DNA of 64,000 nucleotides. Origin: an uncultured bacterium. Its GTDB lineage: Bacteria; Hinthialibacterota; Hinthialibacteria; OLB16. The notes below the pieces were generated by a model that saw nothing but the letters and a program-made list of their open reading frames with translations, was not told the origin of the DNA and searched no databases. Location: the NCBI GenBank assembly GCA_964481775.1, contig CAYZUX010000002.1, forward strand, positions 20,221 to 84,220, given 5' to 3'. Shown here one piece after another: positions 1 through 10,144 of the stretch (position 1 is the first letter of the stretch; the number at the start of each line of letters is the position of its first letter). The position numbers and the translations under genes were made by a program.

Positions 1-1210
1 AGGCACAGAGGTGGCCGGGGATTTCCCCCAAAATATCAGGAAGCGGGCTTGCTCTCTTGAGATCGAAAGAATGGATGAAACGGGACAGATATCCGATCCA
101 GGAACGTATGTGAGCTCGCGATGTCTCAGTTCCGGTCTCGCAGTAGTTGATGATGGAAAAATCGATGTAGTCATAGTGCGCTCCCGACATGAGCGCGGTC
201 CAGGCCCGCTTGCGGTGGATAGTCCAGCCATCATAATCTTTGTACTGGCTGGCCACATTATCCTCGTCCATGTTCAGAGGTTTCATTTCATGCCAGCTGG
301 CCAGACAGAAATCCCGGAAAGGTTTCAGGCAGAGCTGTTTTGACATGAAGGGTCCCATGTGGTAACTGGTTCCGGCGTAGGTGATATTGGGCAAGGGGTG
401 GATGTTTACAATATCGAGAGGTGGCTCCGCAAATGAGCGTGTGGCGGGATGCTCCCAAGGTTCATAGGTGAATGCCAGATGACCGGCGATCAGGTGTTGG
501 TTGGGGAGCTGTGCCTCGGTCTCACGGATGATCCGCGCAATTTCAACCTGCCAGGCATCCACCTCCGAGGTTGTGGGCATTCCTTTTTCATTTGCAGGCC
601 ATCCACCCGGTTCGTTGCAGATTTCATAGAAGATATTGTCGTAACGGTTGGTCTCTTCCACGATTTTCCGAACATGGCGAAACTGGTATTCATTGATTCC
701 CGGATGACGCAGAGTCGTATAATCATGCCACTCAATCACTGGAAGATCGTTGATATTATTCCCCGCATTGAGGGGGTTCAATGACCAGATATTCGGAGCG
801 TAAGTATTGCTCGTCAGTACCACCTCAACAACGATGCCAAGGTCCGATGCCAGTCCAAGGAATCCGTGGAGACGTTCAAAGAACTCCGGATTCCATTGAT
901 CCAGGTCATACTTGGGTTGTCCATCCAGGGCGGAATCCGGTCCTACGCGAAGAAAAGGAGCGATGTAATCCGGGGACTCCGGCTTACAGGTAGAGTAAGG
1001 ATTGCAGTAGCTTTGAAGCTCGCGGAAAAGAACGAAAAGCCTTGTCAGGGTATGTCCATATTCAGCGGCGTGACGTAGATATTTCCTGAAATCAAAGGGG
1101 CGATTCATCACGGCCCCATAATGCTCGGTCGCAGTCACGAGCACTCGTGGTTTTCCTCTCAGTTCAAAGTATTTGGGATTTTCCGGTAAGACGTGGAGTG
1201 CTGTGGACAT
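1..1210 (-). CDS. Glycoside hydrolase, GH5-like (clan GH-A TIM-barrel), 5' complete, 3' truncated by window edge
   Basis: Uninterrupted minus-strand frame from ATG at 1208-1210 to the window edge (MSTALHVLPENPKYFELRGKPRVLVTATEHYG...). It contains the FYEICNEPG motif; NEP is the typical GH5 acid/base motif. The track omits it because no stop lies in the window. Confidence 0.6.
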   Translation of the reverse strand, partial: MSTALHVLPENPKYFELRGKPRVLVTATEHYGAVMNRPFDFRKYLRHAAEYGHTLTRLFVLFRELQSYCNPYSTCKPESPDYIAPFLRVGPDSALDGQPKYDLDQWNPEFFERLHGFLGLASDLGIVVEVVLTSNTYAPNIWSLNPLNAGNNINDLPVIEWHDYTTLRHPGINEYQFRHVRKIVEETNRYDNIFYEICNEPGGWPANEKGMPTTSEVDAWQVEIARIIRETEAQLPNQHLIAGHLAFTYEPWEHPATRSFAEPPLDIVNIHPLPNITYAGTSYHMGPFMSKQLCLKPFRDFCLASWHEMKPLNMDEDNVASQYKDYDGWTIHRKRAWTALMSGAHYDYIDFSIINYCETGTETSRAHIRSWIGYLSRFIHSFDLKRASPLPDILGEIPGHLCA

Positions 1211-1243
1211 TATTTTCAACCTCCGATTGAGTGAATTATTTTT

Positions 1244-2578
1244 CTAATCGACTGGTGTTCCACCACCACAGATATCTGGATCAAATACGTTGCGGATATC
1301 CGAATCTGGCGAGGCATCTCGAATCCTCCGGTCATTATTGAGAGGACGATCGATGAGATGCCATTTGATCAGTCCCACATCTCGTGGGGCAGGCCCTTTT
1401 TCTCCAGGCTGAGTCCGATAGCCTGTTCCAAATGCCGTTAATAGAGAACCATCCGGTAACAATACGGTTGAGGTTGCCTGACTGCTGGCCCACCAGCTAT
1501 TCTCATCGAGGCGGTTTGCATTCCAATAGTGCAGGATATATTTGTGATCCAAATCCCAGGATTGCCCGTTATCGTGGCTTAGCACGGCCTCTATGCCAAA
1601 GCGTGGAAATTCATTTCCACTGGTTGTATAACCCTTCCGTACCACATAAGTCATCACAATCTTTCCATCCGGCATGACCACCATGGAGGGATGATGACGT
1701 CCCCAGGCATATAATCTGTTCAGGGTTGACCAGGTTTTTCCATCATCTTTTGAAATAGACACGGCCAGCCCCTCGTAATGGTCCATGGTCTCCGGAAAAT
1801 CCTCGGGTTTGTCTGTCCGGCAGGCAGCAATCAGATTTCCATTCAGGGCCCTTATCAGTGCCACTTCGCTTACACCATACCATTCAGGAACCTGATTGGC
1901 CTGAGACCATGTTCTTCCGGAATCTGTGCTACACCGAATATAGCCCTGTGAATATCCAGGTCCCGCGCCTGATGCCCACAAAGCATGATCCATCGTATAA
2001 CCGGTCTCAATAAGACGTGATATGGCTCCCGTTGTCCGATCACGGTCCACAAACAACGGATCCCACACATTCCAGGGTTTACCTTCTGGAGCGGGTGGAA
2101 CAAGTCCAAGCGATTTCCATGATTCACCGTAATCCTCGCTGAGCCAACGCTGGGTGGCCAACAAAGTGACTTTGCCCCCTCCAAGGTATGCGAGGGCCAC
2201 ACCCATACCCGTATCAGGCTGTCCATCCTCACCCGTATGGACAAACCTGGGCGGGGACCAATGATTCCCCTGATCATCACTCCAAAGCACCATGGCCTGA
2301 TGGGGGTAGTCACAACTCACCAGCATGAGCAGACGGTTTCTTTCAGGCATAAAAACGATGTATGGCACCGCCACCACCCGTTCCCAGGTTTCCGTGAGGA
2401 TCTGGAAATCAGCGGAAATACTGAAGCAACCTGCATCGCCATTCCTTTCCCTCACACGATGCGATTTCCATGCTGCATCCGCATTGGGGCAAATCATCGC
2501 AGCCAGCAGGAACACACACAATACAGGTTTCATACGGGATGACACGACGGACACCTCATGTTGATCAGGAATCTTCAA
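1244..2578 (-). CDS. Secreted BNR/Asp-box repeat glycosyl hydrolase (sialidase-like, GH33-type fold)
   Basis: Signal peptide MKPVLCVFLLAAMICPNADAA. Four Asp-box motifs (S-x-D-x-G-x-T/S-W): SDDQGNHWS, STDSGRTWS, SKDDGKTWS, SHDNGQSWD. Lies 33 nt downstream of the GH5-like gene on the same strand. Confidence 0.65.
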   Translation of the reverse strand: MKIPDQHEVSVVSSRMKPVLCVFLLAAMICPNADAAWKSHRVRERNGDAGCFSISADFQILTETWERVVAVPYIVFMPERNRLLMLVSCDYPHQAMVLWSDDQGNHWSPPRFVHTGEDGQPDTGMGVALAYLGGGKVTLLATQRWLSEDYGESWKSLGLVPPAPEGKPWNVWDPLFVDRDRTTGAISRLIETGYTMDHALWASGAGPGYSQGYIRCSTDSGRTWSQANQVPEWYGVSEVALIRALNGNLIAACRTDKPEDFPETMDHYEGLAVSISKDDGKTWSTLNRLYAWGRHHPSMVVMPDGKIVMTYVVRKGYTTSGNEFPRFGIEAVLSHDNGQSWDLDHKYILHYWNANRLDENSWWASSQATSTVLLPDGSLLTAFGTGYRTQPGEKGPAPRDVGLIKWHLIDRPLNNDRRIRDASPDSDIRNVFDPDICGGGTPVD

Positions 2579-2734
2579 TACTATGATCTGTAACCCAGTG
2601 GATCAATTCCCCTCTCCATTTCAACCATCAGTTGTTTCTGTTCCGGCAATCTCACCGGATCGCTGATTGACCCGCCTTTCAGGATGGGATACCCTATCTA
2701 TAAACAATAGTACCAGTCCTCCACAGATTCATGC

Positions 2735-3853
2735 GTGACTGTCAGTCCAGTGTTGAGGGAGGTCAAGGTAATGAATAGTCAAGGTACCCGGGGAACCTGG
2801 GGAATTCGTTTCCTGATTCACTTCTTCACCGTCGTCCTTGGGATTCTCATTTTCTGGCTTCTCGGTTTCCTTATCCAGGATATCAAGTCAATCCAAGGCC
2901 CCCTCTACAACGACATTGAACGCAAGTATGTCGACCTGAGTCTGATCCAGAAACAAGAGGATCTTGTAAAGCAGATTACCAGCCTCGATCGGGAAATCGC
3001 CAATAAGCGCGAGGAACAGAACCTGGTGGGCAACAGCTCCGAGAACCTCCAACGCACCATCAACCAACTGCTGGAGCTGCAGAAGCTCAGCATCGAGAGA
3101 CAGGTGTCACTTCCTGAATCCGATCAGGCCGACCTGTCTTTGAGCCTCTCTCATTTCCTGGAGAGTCAAAAGAACTATCAAACGCTGAACCAGGAAATCT
3201 CTGGGCTGCTCCTGAAAAAGGAATCACTCGATGCAGAGAAAAGACAGCTGGATGAGGAAATTGAAAAGAAAAGAGAACCAGCCAGAGCGGAATTTGACCA
3301 ATTGTTGGAGAAACACAATTTCAAGCTGGCCTGCATTCAACTGGCTTTTCTGATACCACTGCTCGTTGTCGCAGGATATCTGCTGATCCGTTGGCGTGGG
3401 ATCATCTACTTCCCACTCATCCTCGCCTTCAGTGGAGCCACACTGGTGAAAACCGTCGCTGTGATCCACGATTATTTTCCATCACGCTATTTCAAGTATA
3501 TTGTTACGTTAGGTCTCCTGGTGGTCGTCGCTCAATTTCTCATTTATCTGATCAGAATGATTGCCTATCCCAAGATGGCATGGGTTGCCAAACAGTACCG
3601 TGAGGCATATGAAAGATTTCTCTGCCCGGTCTGCGAGTACCCGATCAGGACGGGACCACGGAAATTCCTTTATTGGACCCGTCGGACTGTCCATAGGGTA
3701 TTGCCTCAAGGAGATCCCTCCTCCACTGACACTCCCTACACATGCCCTTCCTGTGGTACTGTCCTTTACGAAGTCTGCGGCAACTGCGAAAAGATCAGGC
3801 ACTCCCTGCTTGCTCACTGTGAGCATTGTGGAACGAAGAAAGAGATTGGATGA
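2735..3853 (+). CDS. Uncharacterised membrane protein: TM1, ~150-aa coiled coil, three TM helices, C-terminal double zinc ribbon (4 CxxC)
   Basis: Hydrophobic segment FLIHFFTVVLGILIFWLLGFLI, a long heptad/charged region, three further TM helices, then CPVC...CPSC...CGNC...CEHC. Alternative start MNSQG at 2771. No family recognised. Confidence 0.5.
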   Translation: MTVSPVLREVKVMNSQGTRGTWGIRFLIHFFTVVLGILIFWLLGFLIQDIKSIQGPLYNDIERKYVDLSLIQKQEDLVKQITSLDREIANKREEQNLVGNSSENLQRTINQLLELQKLSIERQVSLPESDQADLSLSLSHFLESQKNYQTLNQEISGLLLKKESLDAEKRQLDEEIEKKREPARAEFDQLLEKHNFKLACIQLAFLIPLLVVAGYLLIRWRGIIYFPLILAFSGATLVKTVAVIHDYFPSRYFKYIVTLGLLVVVAQFLIYLIRMIAYPKMAWVAKQYREAYERFLCPVCEYPIRTGPRKFLYWTRRTVHRVLPQGDPSSTDTPYTCPSCGTVLYEVCGNCEKIRHSLLAHCEHCGTKKEIG

Positions 3854-3890
3854 GATCAAAATCTCTGTTCTCCTTATCCCATAAAAACCG

Positions 3891-4628
3891 ATGATGGGTG
3901 AAGCCAAACGTCTCAACAGACCCTGGATGCTCAAACGCCTCCAAGCTCATCTGCAACGCCAAGGGATTCCCCGTATTCAAATGTTCGTGATGGTCTCAGG
4001 AACAGCTTTGGCTGGATTTCTCTCCTCGGTTCTGTTCTTGCGTCTGGGTCTCCATTCCATGTGGCTGCGCTATGGACTGTCAGTGGTGACAGCCTATGGC
4101 GTCTTTCTCACATTCTTATGGTTCTGGGTGATTTATTATCGTGGGAAGCTTTCTTCCTCTCTGGATGGGGGTGATCTGCTGGACCTGACTGATGGAGTGT
4201 GTCAACTTTTTTCCTCAAAATCCTCCGGTGATCCGGTCACTGGTATCAACCAGCTCGCTGAGGATCCAGGCGGTGATATCCCTCTCAAGTCCGCATTCGA
4301 TCTTGAGCTGGATGAAATGCTGGTTCTGCTGGCCTTGCTTGCAGCAATCGGATCCGCATTCGTTTGTTCGATCTACATTATCGCCATTGCACCTGTGCTT
4401 CTGGCTGAGATGATGCTGGATGGTGTCCTTGGAGTGGCTTTGTATCAACGTCTTAAGAAAATCGACCAACATTATTGGCTGGAATCCGCGTTCACGCGGA
4501 CCTGCTTTCCATTCCTCTGGGTTTTGTTCTTTTTCATAATCACTGGGGCAGTTCTTCACTGGTATGCTCCAGAGGCCTTGTCGATTGGCGGTGTCTGGCA
4601 TCATTATCTTTCCGACAACAACAAATAA
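3891..4628 (+). CDS. Uncharacterised 4-TM membrane protein
   Basis: ORF 37 nt downstream of the previous gene on the same strand, with four hydrophobic helices. No recognisable motif. Confidence 0.45.
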   Translation: MMGEAKRLNRPWMLKRLQAHLQRQGIPRIQMFVMVSGTALAGFLSSVLFLRLGLHSMWLRYGLSVVTAYGVFLTFLWFWVIYYRGKLSSSLDGGDLLDLTDGVCQLFSSKSSGDPVTGINQLAEDPGGDIPLKSAFDLELDEMLVLLALLAAIGSAFVCSIYIIAIAPVLLAEMMLDGVLGVALYQRLKKIDQHYWLESAFTRTCFPFLWVLFFFIITGAVLHWYAPEALSIGGVWHHYLSDNNK

Positions 4629-4695
4629 CTTCAAGTCTTACACAATCTCTTCGCCACCATCTGTACAGACTAAGTTGTGTATGAGAGGATACCCC

Positions 4696-7053
4696 ATGAC
4701 AAACCGATACAACAATAATGCCAGATATTATGGAACACACCGAGATCAAGCAGGAACACTTGGAATGCTCCTCCTGATGGTTTGTATCTGTGCCATCACC
4801 ACCTTTTCCTACGCCAACGAAAATCCGACTTCATCATCCACCGAGGAAACAATGACTCTCGAATCCCTTTTTAAGAACCCGCCACGGGAATACCGCATGC
4901 TGCAGATCATTCATCCCTTTCCGGATAACCCTGACACAAACCCCTACAAATGGTTTGGTCAGCGATTTCAGGCACCAGTTTCTGATGGGAACACGAAGCA
5001 AACTCCAAGCTCCCAGCTCGCCGATTTTCTTGTCCATGATGGTTATGGCGGGGTGGTCGCCAATGTATCCTTTGACAAATACCTGGAGAGCGAGGAGGCC
5101 TGGAAGGTTTTCCTGCAAGGAGTCAAGGAATGTAAAGACCGTGGTCTGTTGGTTTGGTTATATGACGAGAAGGGATATCCCAGTGGAAAAGCAGGTGGTT
5201 TGACGATGCGGGATCATCCTGAGTATGAGTGCCAGGGTGTTGTCTGCGCAAAAACCGAAGGCAAGATCATGGTTCGTCACCACTTTCCCAAAGGTGAACG
5301 GTACCTGGGGGCTCCGCTCAGCGTTGTCGCAATTCCCATCGGCGACGAACATCTCGAGATGGAACGATGTCTTCCCATTCCACCTGAGACCTACACCGGA
5401 AAACAGGAACTGGTCTGGCAGGCACCCGACGATAGCGACTGGGTGATTCTCTCTTTTCATAAGCGCTACATGTACGAGGGCACCCATATCGTGACCAACC
5501 TCTCCGATTCCCTGCCCTATATTGACATCATGAATCATGATGCAGTAGCCCGTTTCATCGAACTCACCCATCAAGCCTACCATGACCGTTGCGGTAAGGA
5601 CCTGTGGGATCATATCGATGCAATCTTCACGGATGAACCCTCACTGATGACTGGTTACCTCAAAGAGGAAGAGGGACTGCTGCCTCCCATACCCTGGAGC
5701 CGCGGGTTTGCCGAAGAATTCAACAAGCGGGCCGGATACGACCTGATCCCCAAACTTCCCTTCTTATTTGAAGAATGTGGTGATGAGACAGCATATGTCC
5801 GCATCGATTTCTGGAGGGTGATTTCCCAGCTCATCGAGGAAAATTATTATGGACAGATCCAGGAATGGTGTCAGGCACACGGGATCGCCTCCTCGGGCCA
5901 TGCACTGCTTGAGGAAGGATTACACCATCATGTCATTTTCGAAGGAAATCTATATCGTGACCTACGGCGCCAGGATGTTCCCGGTATCGATATCCTGAGC
6001 TCGAATCCGGAGGAGTTGGCCCGCTCACGCCAGATCCCAGTGCCGAAGTTTGTCAGCTCGGTCGCACACGGAATCGGTGCACCAAAAACCCAAAGCGAGA
6101 CCTCCAGCCATGTCGAACGAACCGGCAACCGTCCCTGCTCTTTTGAGCAGCGAGTCGGAACGATCAACTGGATGTATGTCCAGGGACTGAATTATGTCAC
6201 CTCTTACTACTCGCCCTCGGAATTCTCCGATACGGAAAGAAAAACCTTCAATGATCACATCGGTCGCCTTGGCGCGATGCTCACGCAAGGCAGACATCTT
6301 GCTGACATAGCCGTCTACTACCCCATTCAGAGCATGTGGGGAGCCTGCACCCCGACTGATAAGATTGCTTGGCATCCACCTGTATCCGAGCGGGAACGCC
6401 GTGTGAATGACACATTTGGTGAAGCATCACAGGTACTGCTCGCGAGTCAAAGGGATTTCGATTTCGTCGATGATCAGGCGATCCTTGAAGCTGAGGTGAA
6501 AGATGGCGCGCTTCAACTGCAGGGAGAGTCTTACCGTTGTATGGTTCTGCCAGAAACCTGGGTAATTCCATTGGCTGTGCTCAAGAAAATTACTGCATTT
6601 GTCAATAATGGCGGGAAACTGGTAACCGTGGGAGATCTCCCTTCGGTTGCCGATCGAAAAGGGGATACACCCGAGGTTATCTCCCTTTCGGCTGAATTGA
6701 AATCTTCAGCAAATGTCGCAATCCGGGATAACTCCGCTGGCATGGTCGAGGCCATCAAGCAGTTTCTTCCTGCTGATTTGACTCTTGACAACAGTTGCCC
6801 GGAATTGTTTTATTGTCACCGTGTTCTTGAAAATCGAGACATTTATTTCCTCGCGAATAATGGGAGTGCTCCCATTCAAAGAAAAGTCACGATTCAGACA
6901 GTTGGGAAGGTTGAGAAATGGCATCCCACGACAGGCGAGATACAATCATTAAGCGCGGCCACGGCTGAAGGGAAGACCATCATCGACCTCAGTTTTCAGC
7001 CATTCGAAGGATATTTCCTTGTTGTCAACAGAGATAAATCAAACCAAGAGTGA
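4696..7053 (+). CDS. Large secreted protein, possibly a glycoside hydrolase (family not recognised)
   Basis: Long ORF. Start chosen at MTNRY (4696; a GAGAGGA RBS-like sequence just upstream), giving an R-containing n-region before the hydrophobic core MLLLMVCICAITTFSYA. The track start at 4564 would overlap the upstream gene by 65 nt. The hydrolase call is weak. Confidence 0.45.
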   Translation: MTNRYNNNARYYGTHRDQAGTLGMLLLMVCICAITTFSYANENPTSSSTEETMTLESLFKNPPREYRMLQIIHPFPDNPDTNPYKWFGQRFQAPVSDGNTKQTPSSQLADFLVHDGYGGVVANVSFDKYLESEEAWKVFLQGVKECKDRGLLVWLYDEKGYPSGKAGGLTMRDHPEYECQGVVCAKTEGKIMVRHHFPKGERYLGAPLSVVAIPIGDEHLEMERCLPIPPETYTGKQELVWQAPDDSDWVILSFHKRYMYEGTHIVTNLSDSLPYIDIMNHDAVARFIELTHQAYHDRCGKDLWDHIDAIFTDEPSLMTGYLKEEEGLLPPIPWSRGFAEEFNKRAGYDLIPKLPFLFEECGDETAYVRIDFWRVISQLIEENYYGQIQEWCQAHGIASSGHALLEEGLHHHVIFEGNLYRDLRRQDVPGIDILSSNPEELARSRQIPVPKFVSSVAHGIGAPKTQSETSSHVERTGNRPCSFEQRVGTINWMYVQGLNYVTSYYSPSEFSDTERKTFNDHIGRLGAMLTQGRHLADIAVYYPIQSMWGACTPTDKIAWHPPVSERERRVNDTFGEASQVLLASQRDFDFVDDQAILEAEVKDGALQLQGESYRCMVLPETWVIPLAVLKKITAFVNNGGKLVTVGDLPSVADRKGDTPEVISLSAELKSSANVAIRDNSAGMVEAIKQFLPADLTLDNSCPELFYCHRVLENRDIYFLANNGSAPIQRKVTIQTVGKVEKWHPTTGEIQSLSAATAEGKTIIDLSFQPFEGYFLVVNRDKSNQE

Positions 7054-7093
7054 CAGGATGACCCATTCAGGGAGTAAGTGACCGGACAATCTC

Positions 7094-7984
7094 ATGCCCA
7101 ATCCTGTTATTCTCAGCACCTGGAAGCATGGCCTGGCCGCCAATGAAGCGGCATGGCGGGTTCTCTCGACCGGCGGAAGTGCTTTGGATGCAGTCGAGCA
7201 GGGGGTAAGGGTCAGTGAATCGGATCCAGCGGTCCATTCAGTCGGTCTGGGGGGACGACCCAACCGGGATGGAATTGTTCAGCTCGATGCCGCCATCATG
7301 GATGGCCGGAGTGGACGTGTCGGTGCGGTTGCCGCATTGGAATGGATTGAAAACCCAGTCTCGGTAGCGCGCCTTGTGATGGAAAAGACATCTCAAGTGC
7401 TCCTCGCCGGAGCAGGCGCTCTCGAATTCGCTTTGGCCCATGGTTTCAAGAAAACAAATCTCCTCACAGAAGATTCAATGAGTCTGTGGAAGGCATGGAA
7501 ACGAGGCGAAGGGCGCCCACCCTGGGAGACACACGACACGATCGGGATGTGTGCCCTTGATTCACACGGGAATTTGGCAGCCGCCTGTACCACCAGTGGC
7601 CTGGCATGGAAGCTTCCTGGAAGGATCGGGGACAGTCCCATTTGCGGTGCCGGTCTTTTCTGCGAAAATGGGATTGGTGCTGCATGTGCAACGGGAGTTG
7701 GGGAGGAGGCGTTGCAGACCTGTGGCAGTTTTCTTGTCGTGGAACTCATGCGTCAGGGCAGAACACCGGAAGAGGCGTGCCATGAAGCCTGCAGGAGAAT
7801 TTGCCAACGGGCTTCAAGGGAAAGCAATGCCTATGGAAAACCAACACCACCTGGAAATGTGATGTACCTGGCACTACGTGCTGATGGAGAATATGGGGTA
7901 TGGAGTGTTTCAAAGGGGTGTGAATATGCGCTCCAGTATAGTGACATGCCGAACACTCTTCATGCCTGCCCCGCTGACACATGA
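7094..7984 (+). CDS. Ntn-hydrolase: isoaspartyl peptidase/L-asparaginase or glycosylasparaginase family
   Basis: Autoproteolytic nucleophile motif HDTIGMCALD, then GLAWKLPGRIGDSPICGAGLFCENGIGAACATGVGEE. No obvious signal peptide. Confidence 0.8.
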   Translation: MPNPVILSTWKHGLAANEAAWRVLSTGGSALDAVEQGVRVSESDPAVHSVGLGGRPNRDGIVQLDAAIMDGRSGRVGAVAALEWIENPVSVARLVMEKTSQVLLAGAGALEFALAHGFKKTNLLTEDSMSLWKAWKRGEGRPPWETHDTIGMCALDSHGNLAAACTTSGLAWKLPGRIGDSPICGAGLFCENGIGAACATGVGEEALQTCGSFLVVELMRQGRTPEEACHEACRRICQRASRESNAYGKPTPPGNVMYLALRADGEYGVWSVSKGCEYALQYSDMPNTLHACPADT

Positions 7985-7996
7985 AAAGACTGAGGA

Positions 7997-10099
7997 ATGT
8001 CTGAAAAAGAGTCGGAAACGGAAATTCTGCTCAGGCAGGCAATCCGGCACCATCAGAAAGGACAGGTCGATGCCGCCGAAGCTCTTTACCAACGTATCCT
8101 GAATAGCAATCCTCAACACCCTGATGCGCTGCATCTCCTGGGAATCATCCACCATGGCAAGGGGGATTATCAAAAGTCTCTCGAACTCATTGGCCAGGCA
8201 GTCATACTCAGACCTCACCTCGCCAGTTTCCAGAACAGTTTGGGAAATACGCTGCTCAGCCTGAAGAATTATGAAGAAGCTCGTAAATGTTATGAACAGG
8301 CACTCTTGATTCAACCAGATTATCCTGATGCACTCAGTAACCTGGCCCACCTGGAGTATCTCTGTCATCATGATCCTGCAGCTGAAGTTCTTTACAGGAA
8401 AGTCATAGAAATTCAACCCGGGAAGGCAGAAGCCTTCTTTCAGCTTGGCCGAGTTCTTTTCCGTCTTGGAAAATTGAGTCAGGCTGCGGAGGCCTTTGGC
8501 AGTTCCATCGCCCTGCGCCCCAATCACTCAGACTCCTATCTGCAGTTGGCGATGGTGCTACATGCGCTTGGGATGAACAGGGAAATTGTCATCATCCTGC
8601 GCCGGCTGATGGAATTTGACCGGAATAATCCAAAAGCCTGGACTTATCTGACGAGTGCTTATGAGACATTGACACAGTATGTGGATGCACTCAATTGCAT
8701 CCAGGAAGCGGAGGGTCTCTTTCCCAATGAACCCATCGTGATTCGTGAGCTCGGGAACGTATATTACGCACTGGGGGATCTTGAGAGGGCCAGGGAGTCA
8801 GTCCTCAAAGCCTTGGAGATCAATCCCAATCTCCCGGAGACCTATTCACAGCTGCTCTTTATTCAGACCCATTCCCCCGATGTATCCCCCGAGGAACAAT
8901 TCCGTGAACATCGTGCCTGGGCGGATCGTTTTGAGGCGCCGTATCTCGGATTAACCCCTGTGTTCCCCAATTCCCCTGAACCCGAAAGAAAACTCCGTAT
9001 CGGGTACGTTTCCCCTGACTTCAAAAAACATTCTGTGGCCTATTTTATCGAACCTGTTCTCATGTCGCATGATACCAGTCAATATGAAACATATTGTTAC
9101 ATGAGTTCCGCCTTCCGAGATAAAACCACCGAACGGATTCAATCAGTGGCAAGCCATTGGAGATCGATTGCGGGAGTTCCCGATGAAGGAGTCCTGGAGA
9201 TCCTCCGGGAGGATCAGCCTGACATTCTTGTAGATTTGTCCGGACATACCTCTCAAAACCGGCTTCCCCTTTTTGCCAGGAGAGCAGCCCCGATCCAGGT
9301 TGCCTGGATCGGTTATCCGAACACCACTGGCATGACCCACATGGACTACCGCCTGGTGGATAAATGGACCGACCCGGAGGGTATTGCAGATGATTTTCAT
9401 AGCGAAAAACTAATCCGCTTACCGCATGGTTTCTCGGTGTACCTCCCCCCATCTGACAGTCCCGCTCCGGTGGAAGAACTACCGGCGGATGAAAGAGGTT
9501 GGATCCTGTTCGCCTCCTTCAACAACCTTCCCAAAATCAACGATCGCGTGGTCGAAACATGGTCGGCCATTTTGAATCGTGTCCCCGGCTCGCGCCTGCT
9601 GATTAAGTGTAAGCAGATGGGGGATGAAGCCACCCGGAAAGTGGTCGCCAGCCGTTTCGCCAAATGGGGCATTTCCGAGGGGCGTATCTTGAACATGTCA
9701 TATGTTGCGGAAACCGCCGGTCATCTTGAAGCCTATAACCAGGTGGACATCGGCCTGGACACCTTTCCTTTCAATGGCGCCACGACCACCCATGAGGCCG
9801 TGTGGATGGGAGTTCCCGTAATTACTCTCGCTGGGGAGCGCCATGCCGGGAGAGTTGGGGTGAGTATCCTCAACCGCCTTGGTATGCCGGAGCTGATCGC
9901 TGATACCCGGGAAGAATATATCCAGATTGCCGTGGATCTGGCTCATGACCGGGACAGGCTGCGAAAACTTCGGACCGGAATGCGCCAGCGGGTTCTTTCC
10001 TCAAGCCTGGTGGACAAGGTCCTGATTACCCGATCGGTCGAGGAAGCGTACCGGAAGATGTGGCGGGAATGGTGCACTTTGGAGAGGCAGTTGGCGTAG
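7997..10099 (+). CDS. TPR-repeat protein with C-terminal GT41 (O-GlcNAc-transferase/SPINDLY-like) glycosyltransferase domain
   Basis: N-terminal tandem TPR motifs (AEALYQRILNSNPQHPDALHLLGIIHHGKGDYQKS...). The C-terminal half carries GT41-like RIGYVSPDFKKHSVAYF, then VAWIGYPNTTG and FNGATTTHEAVWMGVPV. Confidence 0.8.
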   Translation: MSEKESETEILLRQAIRHHQKGQVDAAEALYQRILNSNPQHPDALHLLGIIHHGKGDYQKSLELIGQAVILRPHLASFQNSLGNTLLSLKNYEEARKCYEQALLIQPDYPDALSNLAHLEYLCHHDPAAEVLYRKVIEIQPGKAEAFFQLGRVLFRLGKLSQAAEAFGSSIALRPNHSDSYLQLAMVLHALGMNREIVIILRRLMEFDRNNPKAWTYLTSAYETLTQYVDALNCIQEAEGLFPNEPIVIRELGNVYYALGDLERARESVLKALEINPNLPETYSQLLFIQTHSPDVSPEEQFREHRAWADRFEAPYLGLTPVFPNSPEPERKLRIGYVSPDFKKHSVAYFIEPVLMSHDTSQYETYCYMSSAFRDKTTERIQSVASHWRSIAGVPDEGVLEILREDQPDILVDLSGHTSQNRLPLFARRAAPIQVAWIGYPNTTGMTHMDYRLVDKWTDPEGIADDFHSEKLIRLPHGFSVYLPPSDSPAPVEELPADERGWILFASFNNLPKINDRVVETWSAILNRVPGSRLLIKCKQMGDEATRKVVASRFAKWGISEGRILNMSYVAETAGHLEAYNQVDIGLDTFPFNGATTTHEAVWMGVPVITLAGERHAGRVGVSILNRLGMPELIADTREEYIQIAVDLAHDRDRLRKLRTGMRQRVLSSSLVDKVLITRSVEEAYRKMWREWCTLERQLA

Positions 10100-10144
10100 C
10101 GATATGATTCGCCATTTGCACGCTCACCCGTGTGAATAAATTCG

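Noticed and set aside
4564-4695. Upstream extension of the large secreted protein ORF
   Set aside because: It overlaps the preceding membrane-protein gene by 65 nt and would bury the signal peptide. The start at 4696 has an RBS-like GAGAGGA.
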